From Oscillibacter sp. MSJ-31 (GTDB lineage Bacteria; Actinomycetota; Coriobacteriia; Coriobacteriales; QAMH01), in NCBI GenBank assembly GCA_963621315.1, contig CAVFDV010000004.1, forward strand, positions 533-36,622: a stretch of 36,090 bases of DNA, in the 5' to 3' direction. The notes under the pieces are model-generated. The model did no database searches. It was not told where the DNA came from and saw only the letters and a program-made list of their open reading frames with translations. Positions 5,806-13,982 of this stretch are shown here, piece by piece. Both the position numbers and the translations under genes were made by a program. Each line of letters opens with the position of its first letter. The first letter of the stretch is position 1.

Positions 5806-7401
5806 TCACTCGGAGCCGGCGCCCGGCACGGCGCCTGAAGCCGCACCCGAAGCGGCGCCCGGGGTCGCGCCGGATGCCGCGCCCGACGCATCCAGGCGGT
5901 CGATCAGCTCCTGGCGCGAGTGCACGCCGCATTTCTCGTAGAGCTTGCGCACATGCCCCTTGGCCGTGTTGTAGGAGATCCCCAGGTCCTCGGAGATGTA
6001 GCGCGCCGTGCGGCCGCGGGCGAAAAGGGCCAGCACCTGCGCCTCCCGGGCGGTCAGGCCGCATTGCTCGCCGAAGCGCGCGCAATTCATGTTCCAGGCC
6101 TCTTCCGGGTCGAGGACGCCCGCGGCGCCGGCGCTACCCGCATGCGCGGCCGCCGTGGCAGGCGCGGCCTCCAGGAAGGTCTTTTTCAGCGCCTCGCCCA
6201 GGGTCTTTTCGTCGAAGATGAACATGGCCATGACCAAGATGACGATGGCCGCCACGATGCCGATCTCGCCCACGGAGTCTTTCAGCTGCGGAAACGCCAC
6301 GACGGCAAGCACCGCGAAGAAGCGGCCGAAGGTCGTGCCGAACGCCGAGGCGCCGCGCCCGAGGCCGAAGACGCGCACCGCGCCGAGGTCTGTCTGGCCG
6401 GCGATGTTGGAGAAAAGGCACCACAGCGTGAGGATGAAGATGTTGTAGGCCACGCCCACGACGATGGCCTGCAGCCACGCGAACTCGTCGCCGAGCAGCG
6501 GGACGAGCACGAAGGCCAGCGCCGTGGTGATGATGACCGGGTAGTAGATGCGGCTCAGGTCGAAGTGGCGGATGCCGCTAGCCAAGGCGAAGACGACGAC
6601 GAGCGCGGCGGTGGAGAGCAAGGTGATGAAGACCGCGTTCGTCTCCTGGGCAGATGCCGTCGCCGGCGGCGTGGCGGCGATCCACATGCCCTTGATGAAG
6701 CCTATGGCCGTGGTGAAGACGAAGACGAAGAGGACGCAGCGCGGCAGAAAGCCCTTCGGGAGCATGGCCGCGGGCACGATGTCGTCTTCGTCTTTGACGG
6801 AAGGCCGGCCGCCGCGCAAAAGCGCGAGCAGCATGGAAAAGACCGGGAAGCAGGCAAGCAGGACAGACGCCGCGAAGGAGTCGATGGAGCAGCAAACGAA
6901 GTAGAGCAGGTTGGCCAGGATGCCCGAGGCGAAGGTGGCGAAGAGCACGCGGTTGCTGTCGAGCGTGCTGTACATGTGGCCGAGGCGCAGGCACAGAAAC
7001 GGGGTGCCTATGCCCGTGCCCACGCTCGCCGCAGTGAAGACGCCCCATCCGAGCCGCGGTTGCTCGGCCACGAGAAAGGTGCACACGCCGGCAAGGACCG
7101 CCATGCAGGGCACGAGCGGGCCGTTTGCTATGTAGGGCTCGACGCGGCGGGAGAAGACGCCGCACAAAAGCAAGATGAGGGTGAGGGGGATGCCGGAGTA
7201 GGGATAGAGCCAGTTGTTCGCGTCGCCGCCCATGCCGTCGAGCGCAGACCCGATGAAGCCGGCGCGCATCGTGAGCAAGATCCACGCGCTGTAAAATCCC
7301 AGGGCGCAGTACTTGACCGCAGGCCAGCGCTCGTCGATGCTCGCAAGGCTTTGCGACAGGCCGGCGCGCGCGCTGCCGGCGTTCGGTTCCGTTTGTTCCA
7401 C
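5806..7401 (-). CDS. membrane-anchored LuxR-family transcriptional regulator (multi-TM N-terminal sensor domain plus C-terminal HTH)
   Basis: The C-terminal LuxR HTH reads LTAREAQVLALFARGRTARYISEDLGISYNTAKGHVRKLYEKCGV. About 10 or more hydrophobic helices precede it. I prefer the GTG start at 7401 (GAGGGG 9 nt upstream, downstream of a perfect TATAAT). The alternative ATGs at 7512 and 7581 add an Arg/Cys-rich leader. The tail is a low-complexity (AASG)n sequence. Confidence 0.85.
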   Translation of the reverse strand: MEQTEPNAGSARAGLSQSLASIDERWPAVKYCALGFYSAWILLTMRAGFIGSALDGMGGDANNWLYPYSGIPLTLILLLCGVFSRRVEPYIANGPLVPCMAVLAGVCTFLVAEQPRLGWGVFTAASVGTGIGTPFLCLRLGHMYSTLDSNRVLFATFASGILANLLYFVCCSIDSFAASVLLACFPVFSMLLALLRGGRPSVKDEDDIVPAAMLPKGFLPRCVLFVFVFTTAIGFIKGMWIAATPPATASAQETNAVFITLLSTAALVVVFALASGIRHFDLSRIYYPVIITTALAFVLVPLLGDEFAWLQAIVVGVAYNIFILTLWCLFSNIAGQTDLGAVRVFGLGRGASAFGTTFGRFFAVLAVVAFPQLKDSVGEIGIVAAIVILVMAMFIFDEKTLGEALKKTFLEAAPATAAAHAGSAGAAGVLDPEEAWNMNCARFGEQCGLTAREAQVLALFARGRTARYISEDLGISYNTAKGHVRKLYEKCGVHSRQELIDRLDASGAASGATPGAASGAASGAVPGAGSE

Positions 7402-7477
7402 AGGCAAGAGCCCCTCGTTTCTCTTGACGTGCAGAGAGGGCGTGCGCACGGGCGCATCCCCTCGTTTTTCACACGCG

Positions 7478-7483
7478 ATTATA
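7478..7483 (-). promoter_or_regulatory. candidate -10 box (perfect TATAAT on the minus strand) for the luxR-type gene
   Basis: ATTATA on the plus strand at 7478-7483 is TATAAT on the minus strand, 77 nt upstream of the GTG at 7401. I did not recognise a convincing -35. Confidence 0.35.
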
Positions 7484-7733
7484 GACTTCCCGCAACTACA
7501 TGCCGCTGCCATAAGGGAAAGGCGCGGACGCGACGTGATGGAGCGGCGATTTCGCCGGGCTCGGGTTTTACCGAAAGCCACGCGTTCTCCATCGGAGCCG
7601 GCGGCATGTCGCGCTAGAATCTACGCACTTTTCACCCGCAAGAAGCGGATTCGAGGCACGCGCGCGAGAGAGGGCGCGGGCGGCCGCCTTTTGCGGAAGG
7701 CCACACGGCAACATCGAGGAAGGGGTTGAATCG

Positions 7734-8384
7734 ATGCACACCGTCGACTTGTCGTCTGCCGCCGTCGACATGGCGGCCGCCGAAAAAATCGCGGCGCGCG
7801 CGCACGTGAACATCCGCGACTGCTACCAATGCAGCAAATGCTCGGCCGGCTGCCCCATGGCAAGCGGCATGGACGCCGGCCCTCGCGAGATCGTCCACAT
7901 GCTGCAAGCGGGGCTGGTGCGCGACGCGCTCGAGGCGAAAAGCCCGTGGATCTGCGCCCAGTGCATGACCTGCTCGTCGCGCTGCCCGCAAAAAATCGAC
8001 GTCGCCGAGCTGATGCGCGCGGCCCGCATGACCTCGCACGAGCAGGGCTATCGCGCGAGCAGGGAAAGCAACGTCTTCGAGACCGCCTTCATCGACGGCG
8101 TGCGCGCACACGGGCGCAACAGCGAGACCTGGCTTGCCGCCGCCTACAACATCAAGTCGGGGCACCTGCTGCAAGACGCCGCAAGCGCGCCGAAGATGCT
8201 CTCGAAAGGCCTCATCGGCCTGCAGCACGAAAACGTGGGAGACCGCGAGGCCGTGCGACGGCTCGTGGACCGTTGCCTGAAAAAGGACGCGGCGAACGGC
8301 GGCACCAGGGCCGCGGGCGCCGGGGACGCTTCGGGCGCTTCGTGCGCTTCGAGCGCGGGCACCGACGGAAAGGCGGGTGAATAG
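7734..8384 (+). CDS. hdrC: heterodisulfide reductase subunit C-like FeS protein
   Basis: There are two ferredoxin motifs, CYQCSKCSAGCP and CAQCMTCSSRCP. GAGGAAGGGG lies upstream of the ATG. It is the first gene of a tightly packed plus-strand operon. Confidence 0.85.
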   Translation: MHTVDLSSAAVDMAAAEKIAARAHVNIRDCYQCSKCSAGCPMASGMDAGPREIVHMLQAGLVRDALEAKSPWICAQCMTCSSRCPQKIDVAELMRAARMTSHEQGYRASRESNVFETAFIDGVRAHGRNSETWLAAAYNIKSGHLLQDAASAPKMLSKGLIGLQHENVGDREAVRRLVDRCLKKDAANGGTRAAGAGDASGASCASSAGTDGKAGE

Positions 8385-8385
8385 C

Positions 8386-9432
8386 ATGCCGCAGATGGAC
8401 TACGCGTGGTTTCCAGGCTGCTCGGCGGCATCGTCGGGCATCTCCTACACGAAATCGACCGGCTATGTCGCCGGCAAGATAGGCCTGCAGCTGCGCGAGA
8501 TAGACGACTGGTGCTGCTGCGGCACCTCGGCCGCGCACATGACCGACGACGACCTCTCCTATGCCCTGCCGGCCCGCAGCCTTGCCCTGTGCGAGCAGCA
8601 GATGCCGGGTCTGGACGTGGTCGCGCCCTGCACGGGCTGCTACGCGTCGTTGAAGCGCACGGCGGCCAAGGCGCGCGGCGATGCGGGGATGCGGGCGCAC
8701 ATCGCGGACCTGATCGAGATGGACTACGCGGCAAGCGCCGAGGTGAAAAGCCTGCTCGAGCTGTTCGTGGAGCCGGACATGGTGGACCTCGTGGCCTCGC
8801 GTCTGGAGACGGGCCTGGGCGGCATGAAGATAGCCTGCTACTACGGCTGCACGCAGGTGCGCCCGGCCGAGCTGGCAAACTTCGAGAACCCCGAAAACCC
8901 GCAGGCCATGGAGCGCCTGCTCGACGCATGCGGCGCCGAGTGCGTGGACTGGGCCTTCAAGACGGAGTGCTGCGGCGCCTCCGGGCACGTGATCTCGCCC
9001 GAAGCCGCCCGGTCTGCCTGCGCGCGCATCTACGCCAACGCGGCCGCCGCCGGCGCCGAGGCCATAGTCACGAGCTGCCCGCTGTGCTGGCTCAACCTCG
9101 ACATGCGCGAGGAGCAGGTCGCGCGCAAGGCGGGCGCCGACTGGCACATCCCCGTCTACTACTTCACCGAGCTTCTCGCCGTGGCGATGGGCGCCGACGC
9201 CGAGACGGCGGGGCTTTCCCACCACTTCGTCGACGCGAAGGGCCTGCCCGCCCGGCGCGTCGCGGGATTTCGGGAGGCTCCTTCACCAGCGGAAAACGCG
9301 GCTGTCGCGCAAGATGGGGGCACGGCCGGCGCGCAAACCGGGGGCGCGGCTGCCCCGCAGGCAGACGCCCAACCCCACGCGCCCGCCGCCAAGGCGGCGC
9401 CTGCGCCCGCACACCCCGAGGAGGTGGTCTAG
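8386..9432 (+). CDS. hdrB: heterodisulfide reductase subunit B-like CCG-domain protein
   Basis: The N-terminus YAWFPGCS and two CCG motifs (WCCCGTS, ECCGASG) match the family. The ATG at 8386 lies 1 nt after the hdrC stop; a GTG at 8377 and an ATG at 8395 are alternatives. A 53-aa Ala/Pro/Gln-rich tail spans 9271-9429. Confidence 0.85.
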   Translation: MPQMDYAWFPGCSAASSGISYTKSTGYVAGKIGLQLREIDDWCCCGTSAAHMTDDDLSYALPARSLALCEQQMPGLDVVAPCTGCYASLKRTAAKARGDAGMRAHIADLIEMDYAASAEVKSLLELFVEPDMVDLVASRLETGLGGMKIACYYGCTQVRPAELANFENPENPQAMERLLDACGAECVDWAFKTECCGASGHVISPEAARSACARIYANAAAAGAEAIVTSCPLCWLNLDMREEQVARKAGADWHIPVYYFTELLAVAMGADAETAGLSHHFVDAKGLPARRVAGFREAPSPAENAAVAQDGGTAGAQTGGAAAPQADAQPHAPAAKAAPAPAHPEEVV

Positions 9433-11418
9433 ATGGCGCGCATCGGCGTTTTCGTCTGCCAATGCGGCAGCAACATCGCCTCGATGGTCGACACCGAGGC
9501 CGTCGCCGACTTCGCCGCGACGCTGCCGGGCGTCGTGTGGACGGAGAACAACAAGTACACCTGCTCGGACCCAGGCCAGGAGCAGATCAAGGAGAGCATC
9601 GCCGCGCATGCGCTCGACCGCATCGTCGTGGCCGCCTGCTCGCCGTCCATGCACGAGCTGACATGGCGCAAGCTCCTCTCGCAAACCGACGTGAACCCCT
9701 ACATGCTCGAGGTCGCGAACCTGCGCGAGCAATGCAGCTGGGTCCACACCGACAAGACGCAGGCCACCGAGAAGGCCAAAGACCTCGTGAAGATGGCCGT
9801 CGCGAAGGTGGCGCGCAACACGCCCCTTTTCACCGAGCAGATCCCCGTGACGAAAAACGCGCTCGTCGTGGGCGGCGGCATCGCCGGCATGCAGGCGGCG
9901 CTCGACATCGCGGACGCGGGCTATAGCGTCACCTTGGTGGAGCGCGAGCCGACCATCGGCGGCAAGATGCCCAAGCTGGACAAGACCTTTCCCACCATGG
10001 ACTGCTCGGCCTGCATCTGCACGCCGAAGATGTCCGAGGTGGGCAACCACCCCAAGATCACGGTGAAGACCATGGCCGAGGTCGAGAAGGTCGACGGCTA
10101 CGTGGGCAATTTCCAGGTGACGATCCGCGAGAGGGCCAAGTACGTGGACTACGACCTGTGCACGGGCTGCGGCCTGTGCACGACGAAGTGCCCGAGCAAG
10201 AACATCCCCAACGAGTGGAACGAGCTGATGGACACGCGGCCTGCCATCTACAAGGCCTTCGAGCAGGCGGTGCCCTCCAAGCCCGTCATCGACGCCGGCG
10301 CGTGCAAGAAGCTGCAGACGGGCAAGTGCGGCGTGTGCGAGAAGGTCTGCCCCACGGGCGCGATACGCTACGACGACGAGGACCGCCTGAGCACCGAGAC
10401 CTTCGGCGCGGTCGTCCTGGCCTGCGGCTACGACCTGATCTCGTGGGAGGAGCTCTACCCCGAGTACGGCGGCGGCGCCTACGAGGACGTGATCGACGGG
10501 CTGCACTTCGAGCGCCTCGTGAACGCCTCCGGGCCCACCGAGGGCCATATCCTGCGCCCGTCGGATGGCAAAGAGCCCAAGAGCGTGGTCGTGGTGAAGT
10601 GCGTGGGCAGCCGCGACCCGGCCAAGGGCGTGGGCTATTGCTCGCGCGCCTGCTGCATGTACGGCGCCAAGCACGCGCACCAATACCTCGACAAGGTGCC
10701 CGACGGACGCTGCTACGTCTTCTACATGGACGTGCGCGCGCCGGGCAAGCGCTACGACGAGTTCTACATGCAGGCCAAAGGCGACGGTGCGCTGTATCTG
10801 CACGGGCGCGTGAGCAAGATATACCGCGAGGGCGACCATCTCGTCGTCTTGGGCGCCGACGCCTTGTCCGGCTCCAACGTGCGCGTCGAGGCCGACATGG
10901 TCGTGCTGGAGACGGCCATGGTGCCGGCCGCAAAGAGCCGCGCCACCGCGATGATGTTCGGCGTGCAATGCGACGAGGACGGCTGGATCACCGAGGCGCA
11001 CCCCAAGCTGCGCCCCGTCGAGACGGCCAGCCGCGGCATCTACCTGGCGGGCGCGGCGCAAGGGCCCAAGGACATCCCCGACACGGTCGCGCAGGCAGGA
11101 GCCGCGGCGGCCAAGGTCATCGGCATGTTTGCGCACGACAGCCTCGAGTCCAACCCGCAGATCAGCCACGTGGACATAGCAAGATGCGCGGGCTGCGGCC
11201 AATGCGTGCCCGTGTGCCCCTACGGCGCCTTGAGCCTCGTGGAGAAGAACCTGCGCGAGAACTCGGTGAAGGTCACGCGGCGGGTATGCGAGGTGAACTC
11301 GGCGCTATGCCAGGGCTGCGGCGCCTGCACGGTCGCCTGCCGCCCGGGCGCGCTCGATTTGCTGGGCTACACAGACGAGTCGATCATGCAGGAGGTGGAC
11401 GCGCTATGCCAGTGGTAG
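9433..11418 (+). CDS. hdrA: heterodisulfide reductase subunit A-like FAD/FeS protein (661 aa)
   Basis: The ATG abuts the hdrB stop, with GAGGAGG 8 nt upstream. The N-terminus reads IGVFVCQCGSNI. The dinucleotide fold is VVGGGIAGMQAALDIA. Ferredoxin motifs are CTGCGLCTTKCP, CGVCEKVCP, CAGCGQCVPVCP and CQGCGACTVAC. Confidence 0.9.
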   Translation: MARIGVFVCQCGSNIASMVDTEAVADFAATLPGVVWTENNKYTCSDPGQEQIKESIAAHALDRIVVAACSPSMHELTWRKLLSQTDVNPYMLEVANLREQCSWVHTDKTQATEKAKDLVKMAVAKVARNTPLFTEQIPVTKNALVVGGGIAGMQAALDIADAGYSVTLVEREPTIGGKMPKLDKTFPTMDCSACICTPKMSEVGNHPKITVKTMAEVEKVDGYVGNFQVTIRERAKYVDYDLCTGCGLCTTKCPSKNIPNEWNELMDTRPAIYKAFEQAVPSKPVIDAGACKKLQTGKCGVCEKVCPTGAIRYDDEDRLSTETFGAVVLACGYDLISWEELYPEYGGGAYEDVIDGLHFERLVNASGPTEGHILRPSDGKEPKSVVVVKCVGSRDPAKGVGYCSRACCMYGAKHAHQYLDKVPDGRCYVFYMDVRAPGKRYDEFYMQAKGDGALYLHGRVSKIYREGDHLVVLGADALSGSNVRVEADMVVLETAMVPAAKSRATAMMFGVQCDEDGWITEAHPKLRPVETASRGIYLAGAAQGPKDIPDTVAQAGAAAAKVIGMFAHDSLESNPQISHVDIARCAGCGQCVPVCPYGALSLVEKNLRENSVKVTRRVCEVNSALCQGCGACTVACRPGALDLLGYTDESIMQEVDALCQW

Positions 11419-12062
11419 AGACGACGGGCGCGCAAGAGGCCGGGGGCACGGGCGCGCAGGCGGCCGGCGCGGCGAATGCAGGCGCAGGCGGCGCGGGAGG
11501 CGCGGGCGCGGGACAGGAGTTCCGCCCGAAGATCTTGGCCTTCACCTGCCGCTGGTGCACCTACGCGGGCGCCGATTTGGCGGGCTTGAACCGCATGAAG
11601 TACCCAGCCGACATACGCCTTTTGCGCGTGCCCTGCTCGGGGCGCGTGAACCCGCAATACGTGCTCGAGGCCTTGCAGCGCGGGGCCGACGGCGTGCTCG
11701 TGTGCGGCTGCCACCCGGGGGATTGCCACTACGCGACGGGCAACTACTATGCCAAGCGCCGCCTGATGGTCTTCAAGCGCGAGCTGGAATACATAGGCCT
11801 GGAGCCGGACCGCTTCCAGGTGCGCTGGATCTCGGGCGCCGAGGCGGGCAAGTTCCGCGACACGGCGACGGCGTTTTGCGAGCGCATACGCGAGCTAGGG
11901 CCCATCGGAGGCGATTTCACCCTCGAGCGCGGCTTCGTAGACGAGCTGGACCGCCTGTGCAACGCGGGCGGGGGCTGCCCCGCACGCAACGGCGGCGGCA
12001 ACGCTGCGGGCGCGGCGGGCAAATACGACGGCAACGAATGCGGCAAAGGAGGCGAGGCGTGA
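11406..12062 (+). CDS. flxD: MvhD/FlxD-like protein (methyl-viologen-reducing hydrogenase delta subunit family), 218 aa
   Basis: The signature reads ILAFTCRWCTYAGADLAG ... RVPCSGRV ... GADGVLVCGCHPGDCHY. The ATG at 11406 overlaps the hdrA end by 13 nt. The N-terminal 37 aa are Gly/Ala low-complexity. The upstream part of the 634-aa track ORF is an out-of-frame overlap with hdrA. Confidence 0.85.
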   Translation: MPVVETTGAQEAGGTGAQAAGAANAGAGGAGGAGAGQEFRPKILAFTCRWCTYAGADLAGLNRMKYPADIRLLRVPCSGRVNPQYVLEALQRGADGVLVCGCHPGDCHYATGNYYAKRRLMVFKRELEYIGLEPDRFQVRWISGAEAGKFRDTATAFCERIRELGPIGGDFTLERGFVDELDRLCNAGGGCPARNGGGNAAGAAGKYDGNECGKGGEA

Positions 12063-12916
12063 TGGCAGGCCTGCAAGAAGAATTGCGCGCGACGGCGCGG
12101 GAGCTGCTCGAGAGCGGGCGGGTCGCGTCCTTCGTGGGTTGGGAGGCCGGGCGCCTGCCGCACCAGACGACGCCGCTCGTGTGCCTTGCCCCGGCCGACA
12201 CGGACCGCCTCGTCTTCAACGAGTGGTGCGTGAACAACCTCGCGAAATACGCGCTCGACCTGAAAGGGCGCGGCAAGGTGGGGCTGGCCGTGCGCGGCTG
12301 CGACTCGCGGGCGGCAAACCGCATGGTCCAAGACGGCCAGCTCGAACGCGGCGGCCTCGTGCTCGTCGGGCTGCCCTGCCCGCAGATGAAAGACCGCACG
12401 ACGGGCGCGGTGCTGAACAAGTGCGCGAACTGCCGTCACAGAAACCCCGTCGCAAGCGACGTCGCGCTCGGCGAGCCGGTTCCCGAGACGCCGCCGGCCG
12501 ACCGTTTCGCGCAGGCGACGCTCGTGGAGGGCATGGACACGGCCGCGCGCCGCGCCTTTTTCGACGCGACGTGGACGAAGTGCATACGCTGCTACGCCTG
12601 CCGCGACGTCTGCCCCTGCTGCACCTGCCGCAGCTGTTTCGTGGACAGCCGGCGCGTGGGCTGGCTGGGCAAGCAAAACAACCTCAACGAGAACCGCTTC
12701 TACGGGCTCGTGCGCGCCTTCCATATCTCGGACCGCTGCATCGAGTGCGGCGAGTGCGAGCGCGCCTGCCCCATGGACCTGCCGCTCATGGCCTTGAACC
12801 GCAAGCTGGTGAAGGACATGAACGGGCTGTTCGGCGAATACGAGAGCGGCATGACGAGCGAGAACGCGGACGTCTTGGTGAACTACAGCCTCGACGACCT
12901 CGAAGAGTTCATGTAG
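12062..12916 (+). CDS. flxC: FlxC-like 4Fe-4S protein (284 aa)
   Basis: Its start forms a TGATG overlap with the flxD stop, and AGGAGG lies 9 nt upstream. The Cys motifs are CIRCYACRDVCPCCTCRSC and CIECGECERACP. Confidence 0.75.
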   Translation: MAGLQEELRATARELLESGRVASFVGWEAGRLPHQTTPLVCLAPADTDRLVFNEWCVNNLAKYALDLKGRGKVGLAVRGCDSRAANRMVQDGQLERGGLVLVGLPCPQMKDRTTGAVLNKCANCRHRNPVASDVALGEPVPETPPADRFAQATLVEGMDTAARRAFFDATWTKCIRCYACRDVCPCCTCRSCFVDSRRVGWLGKQNNLNENRFYGLVRAFHISDRCIECGECERACPMDLPLMALNRKLVKDMNGLFGEYESGMTSENADVLVNYSLDDLEEFM

Positions 12917-12929
12917 GGAGGTGCGCGAT

Positions 12930-13982
12930 ATGCTGTTGAGAAAAGACAAGGTGGACGCGCTGCTGGCCGCGTTGAGCCAAGAGCAGGCCGTCTACGTGCC
13001 CGAGCAGGTGGCAGGCCAGCTGAAGTGCGCCTTGTGGCATCCGGGCGAGACGCCTGCCCTCGGGCAGGCCAACACGCTCTTTCCGCCCAAGGACCTGCTC
13101 TTCCCGCAAGCCGAGAAGATGTACGCCTACGGTTTCAACGCCGACGGCGACATGTTCGTGAACCCCGTCGTCGAGGGCGCCTCGCAGGTGCTCTTCGGGT
13201 TGCGCCCCTGCGACATGCGCAGCATCGAGTGCCTGGACGACGTCTTTTTCACCAAGGGCTACGTCGACGAGTACTACGAGGCCAAGCGCGAGAAGACGCT
13301 GTGCGTGGTGCTTGCCTGCACCGCGCCTGCCGAGACCTGCTTTTGCGAGTCGATGGGCAACTCGCCGGATGCCGCGCCCGGAGCCGACGTCATGCTGCAC
13401 GAGCGCGGCGACGCCTATGCGGTGGCCGCGCAAACGGAGAAGGGAGAGGCGGCGCTTGCCGGCGCCTGGAAGCCCTTCCTCGACGAAGGCGGCGCGGGCG
13501 GCGAGGGCGGTGCGGGAGGCGGCGCGAGCGGCGCGGCGAAAGAAGCGCATTGCACCTTGCAGGTGGACGGCGCGCACATCGCCGAGCGCATGTCCGGGCT
13601 TGCCGGCAGCGACGAGCTGTGGGACGCCCTCAGCATCAAGTGCCTGAACTGCGGCACCTGCACCTACCTGTGCCCCACCTGCTATTGCTTCGACATCGAG
13701 CAGGCCAACCGCAACAAGGAGGGCGTGCGCTTCCGCTGCTGGGACAGCTGCATGTTTTCCGAGTACACCGAGATGGCAGGCGGCCACAACCCCCGCCCGA
13801 CCAAGCGCGAGCGCGTGAAGAACCGCTTCATGCACAAACTCGTCTGGTTCGAGGAGCGCTACGGCAAGAAGCTGTGCGTGGGCTGCGGGCGCTGCGTCGA
13901 GAAATGCCCCGTCGCGCTCGACATCACGGTGCTGATCGATAGAGCAAACGAGCTGAGCGAGAAGGAGGCCGCCCATGCCTAG
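12930..13982 (+). CDS. flxB: FlxB-like FeS protein (AsrA / sulfhydrogenase-beta-like)
   Basis: GGGAGG lies 8 nt upstream of the ATG at 12930; the GTG at 12921 is less likely. The motifs are CLNCGTCTYLCPTCYCFD and CVGCGRCVEKCP. A Gly/Ala insert (GGAGGEGGAGGGASGAA) lies mid-protein. Confidence 0.8.
   Translation: MLLRKDKVDALLAALSQEQAVYVPEQVAGQLKCALWHPGETPALGQANTLFPPKDLLFPQAEKMYAYGFNADGDMFVNPVVEGASQVLFGLRPCDMRSIECLDDVFFTKGYVDEYYEAKREKTLCVVLACTAPAETCFCESMGNSPDAAPGADVMLHERGDAYAVAAQTEKGEAALAGAWKPFLDEGGAGGEGGAGGGASGAAKEAHCTLQVDGAHIAERMSGLAGSDELWDALSIKCLNCGTCTYLCPTCYCFDIEQANRNKEGVRFRCWDSCMFSEYTEMAGGHNPRPTKRERVKNRFMHKLVWFEERYGKKLCVGCGRCVEKCPVALDITVLIDRANELSEKEAAHA

Noticed and set aside
7128-7472. 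114-aa minus-strand ORF preceded by an AAACGAGGGG motif that is duplicated 48 nt apart (about 7411-7468)
   Set aside because: It is an alternative frame inside the LuxR gene start region. Its ATG abuts the SD-like motif with zero spacing, and the translation is Ser/Arg/Cys-rich without features. The duplicated motif is noted, but I do not interpret it as a second gene.
5920-7617. 565-aa plus-strand ORF antisense to the LuxR-type gene
   Set aside because: It has shadow composition and no RBS. The opposite frame has transmembrane helices plus a LuxR HTH.
9283-11202. 639-aa minus-strand ORF antisense to hdrA, and similar antisense ORFs at 7632-8387, 8212-9225, 11747-12949, 12909-13976 and 13924-15216
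   Set aside because: All of them lie opposite genes with strong cofactor motifs and operon-style start/stop coupling. Their translations are Arg/Ala/His/Gly-rich with no motifs.
3213-11418. Selenocysteine (in-frame TGA) in the Mo-enzyme or HdrA
   Set aside because: Both reading frames are uninterrupted and full length without a TGA recoding event. Cys occupies the candidate positions.
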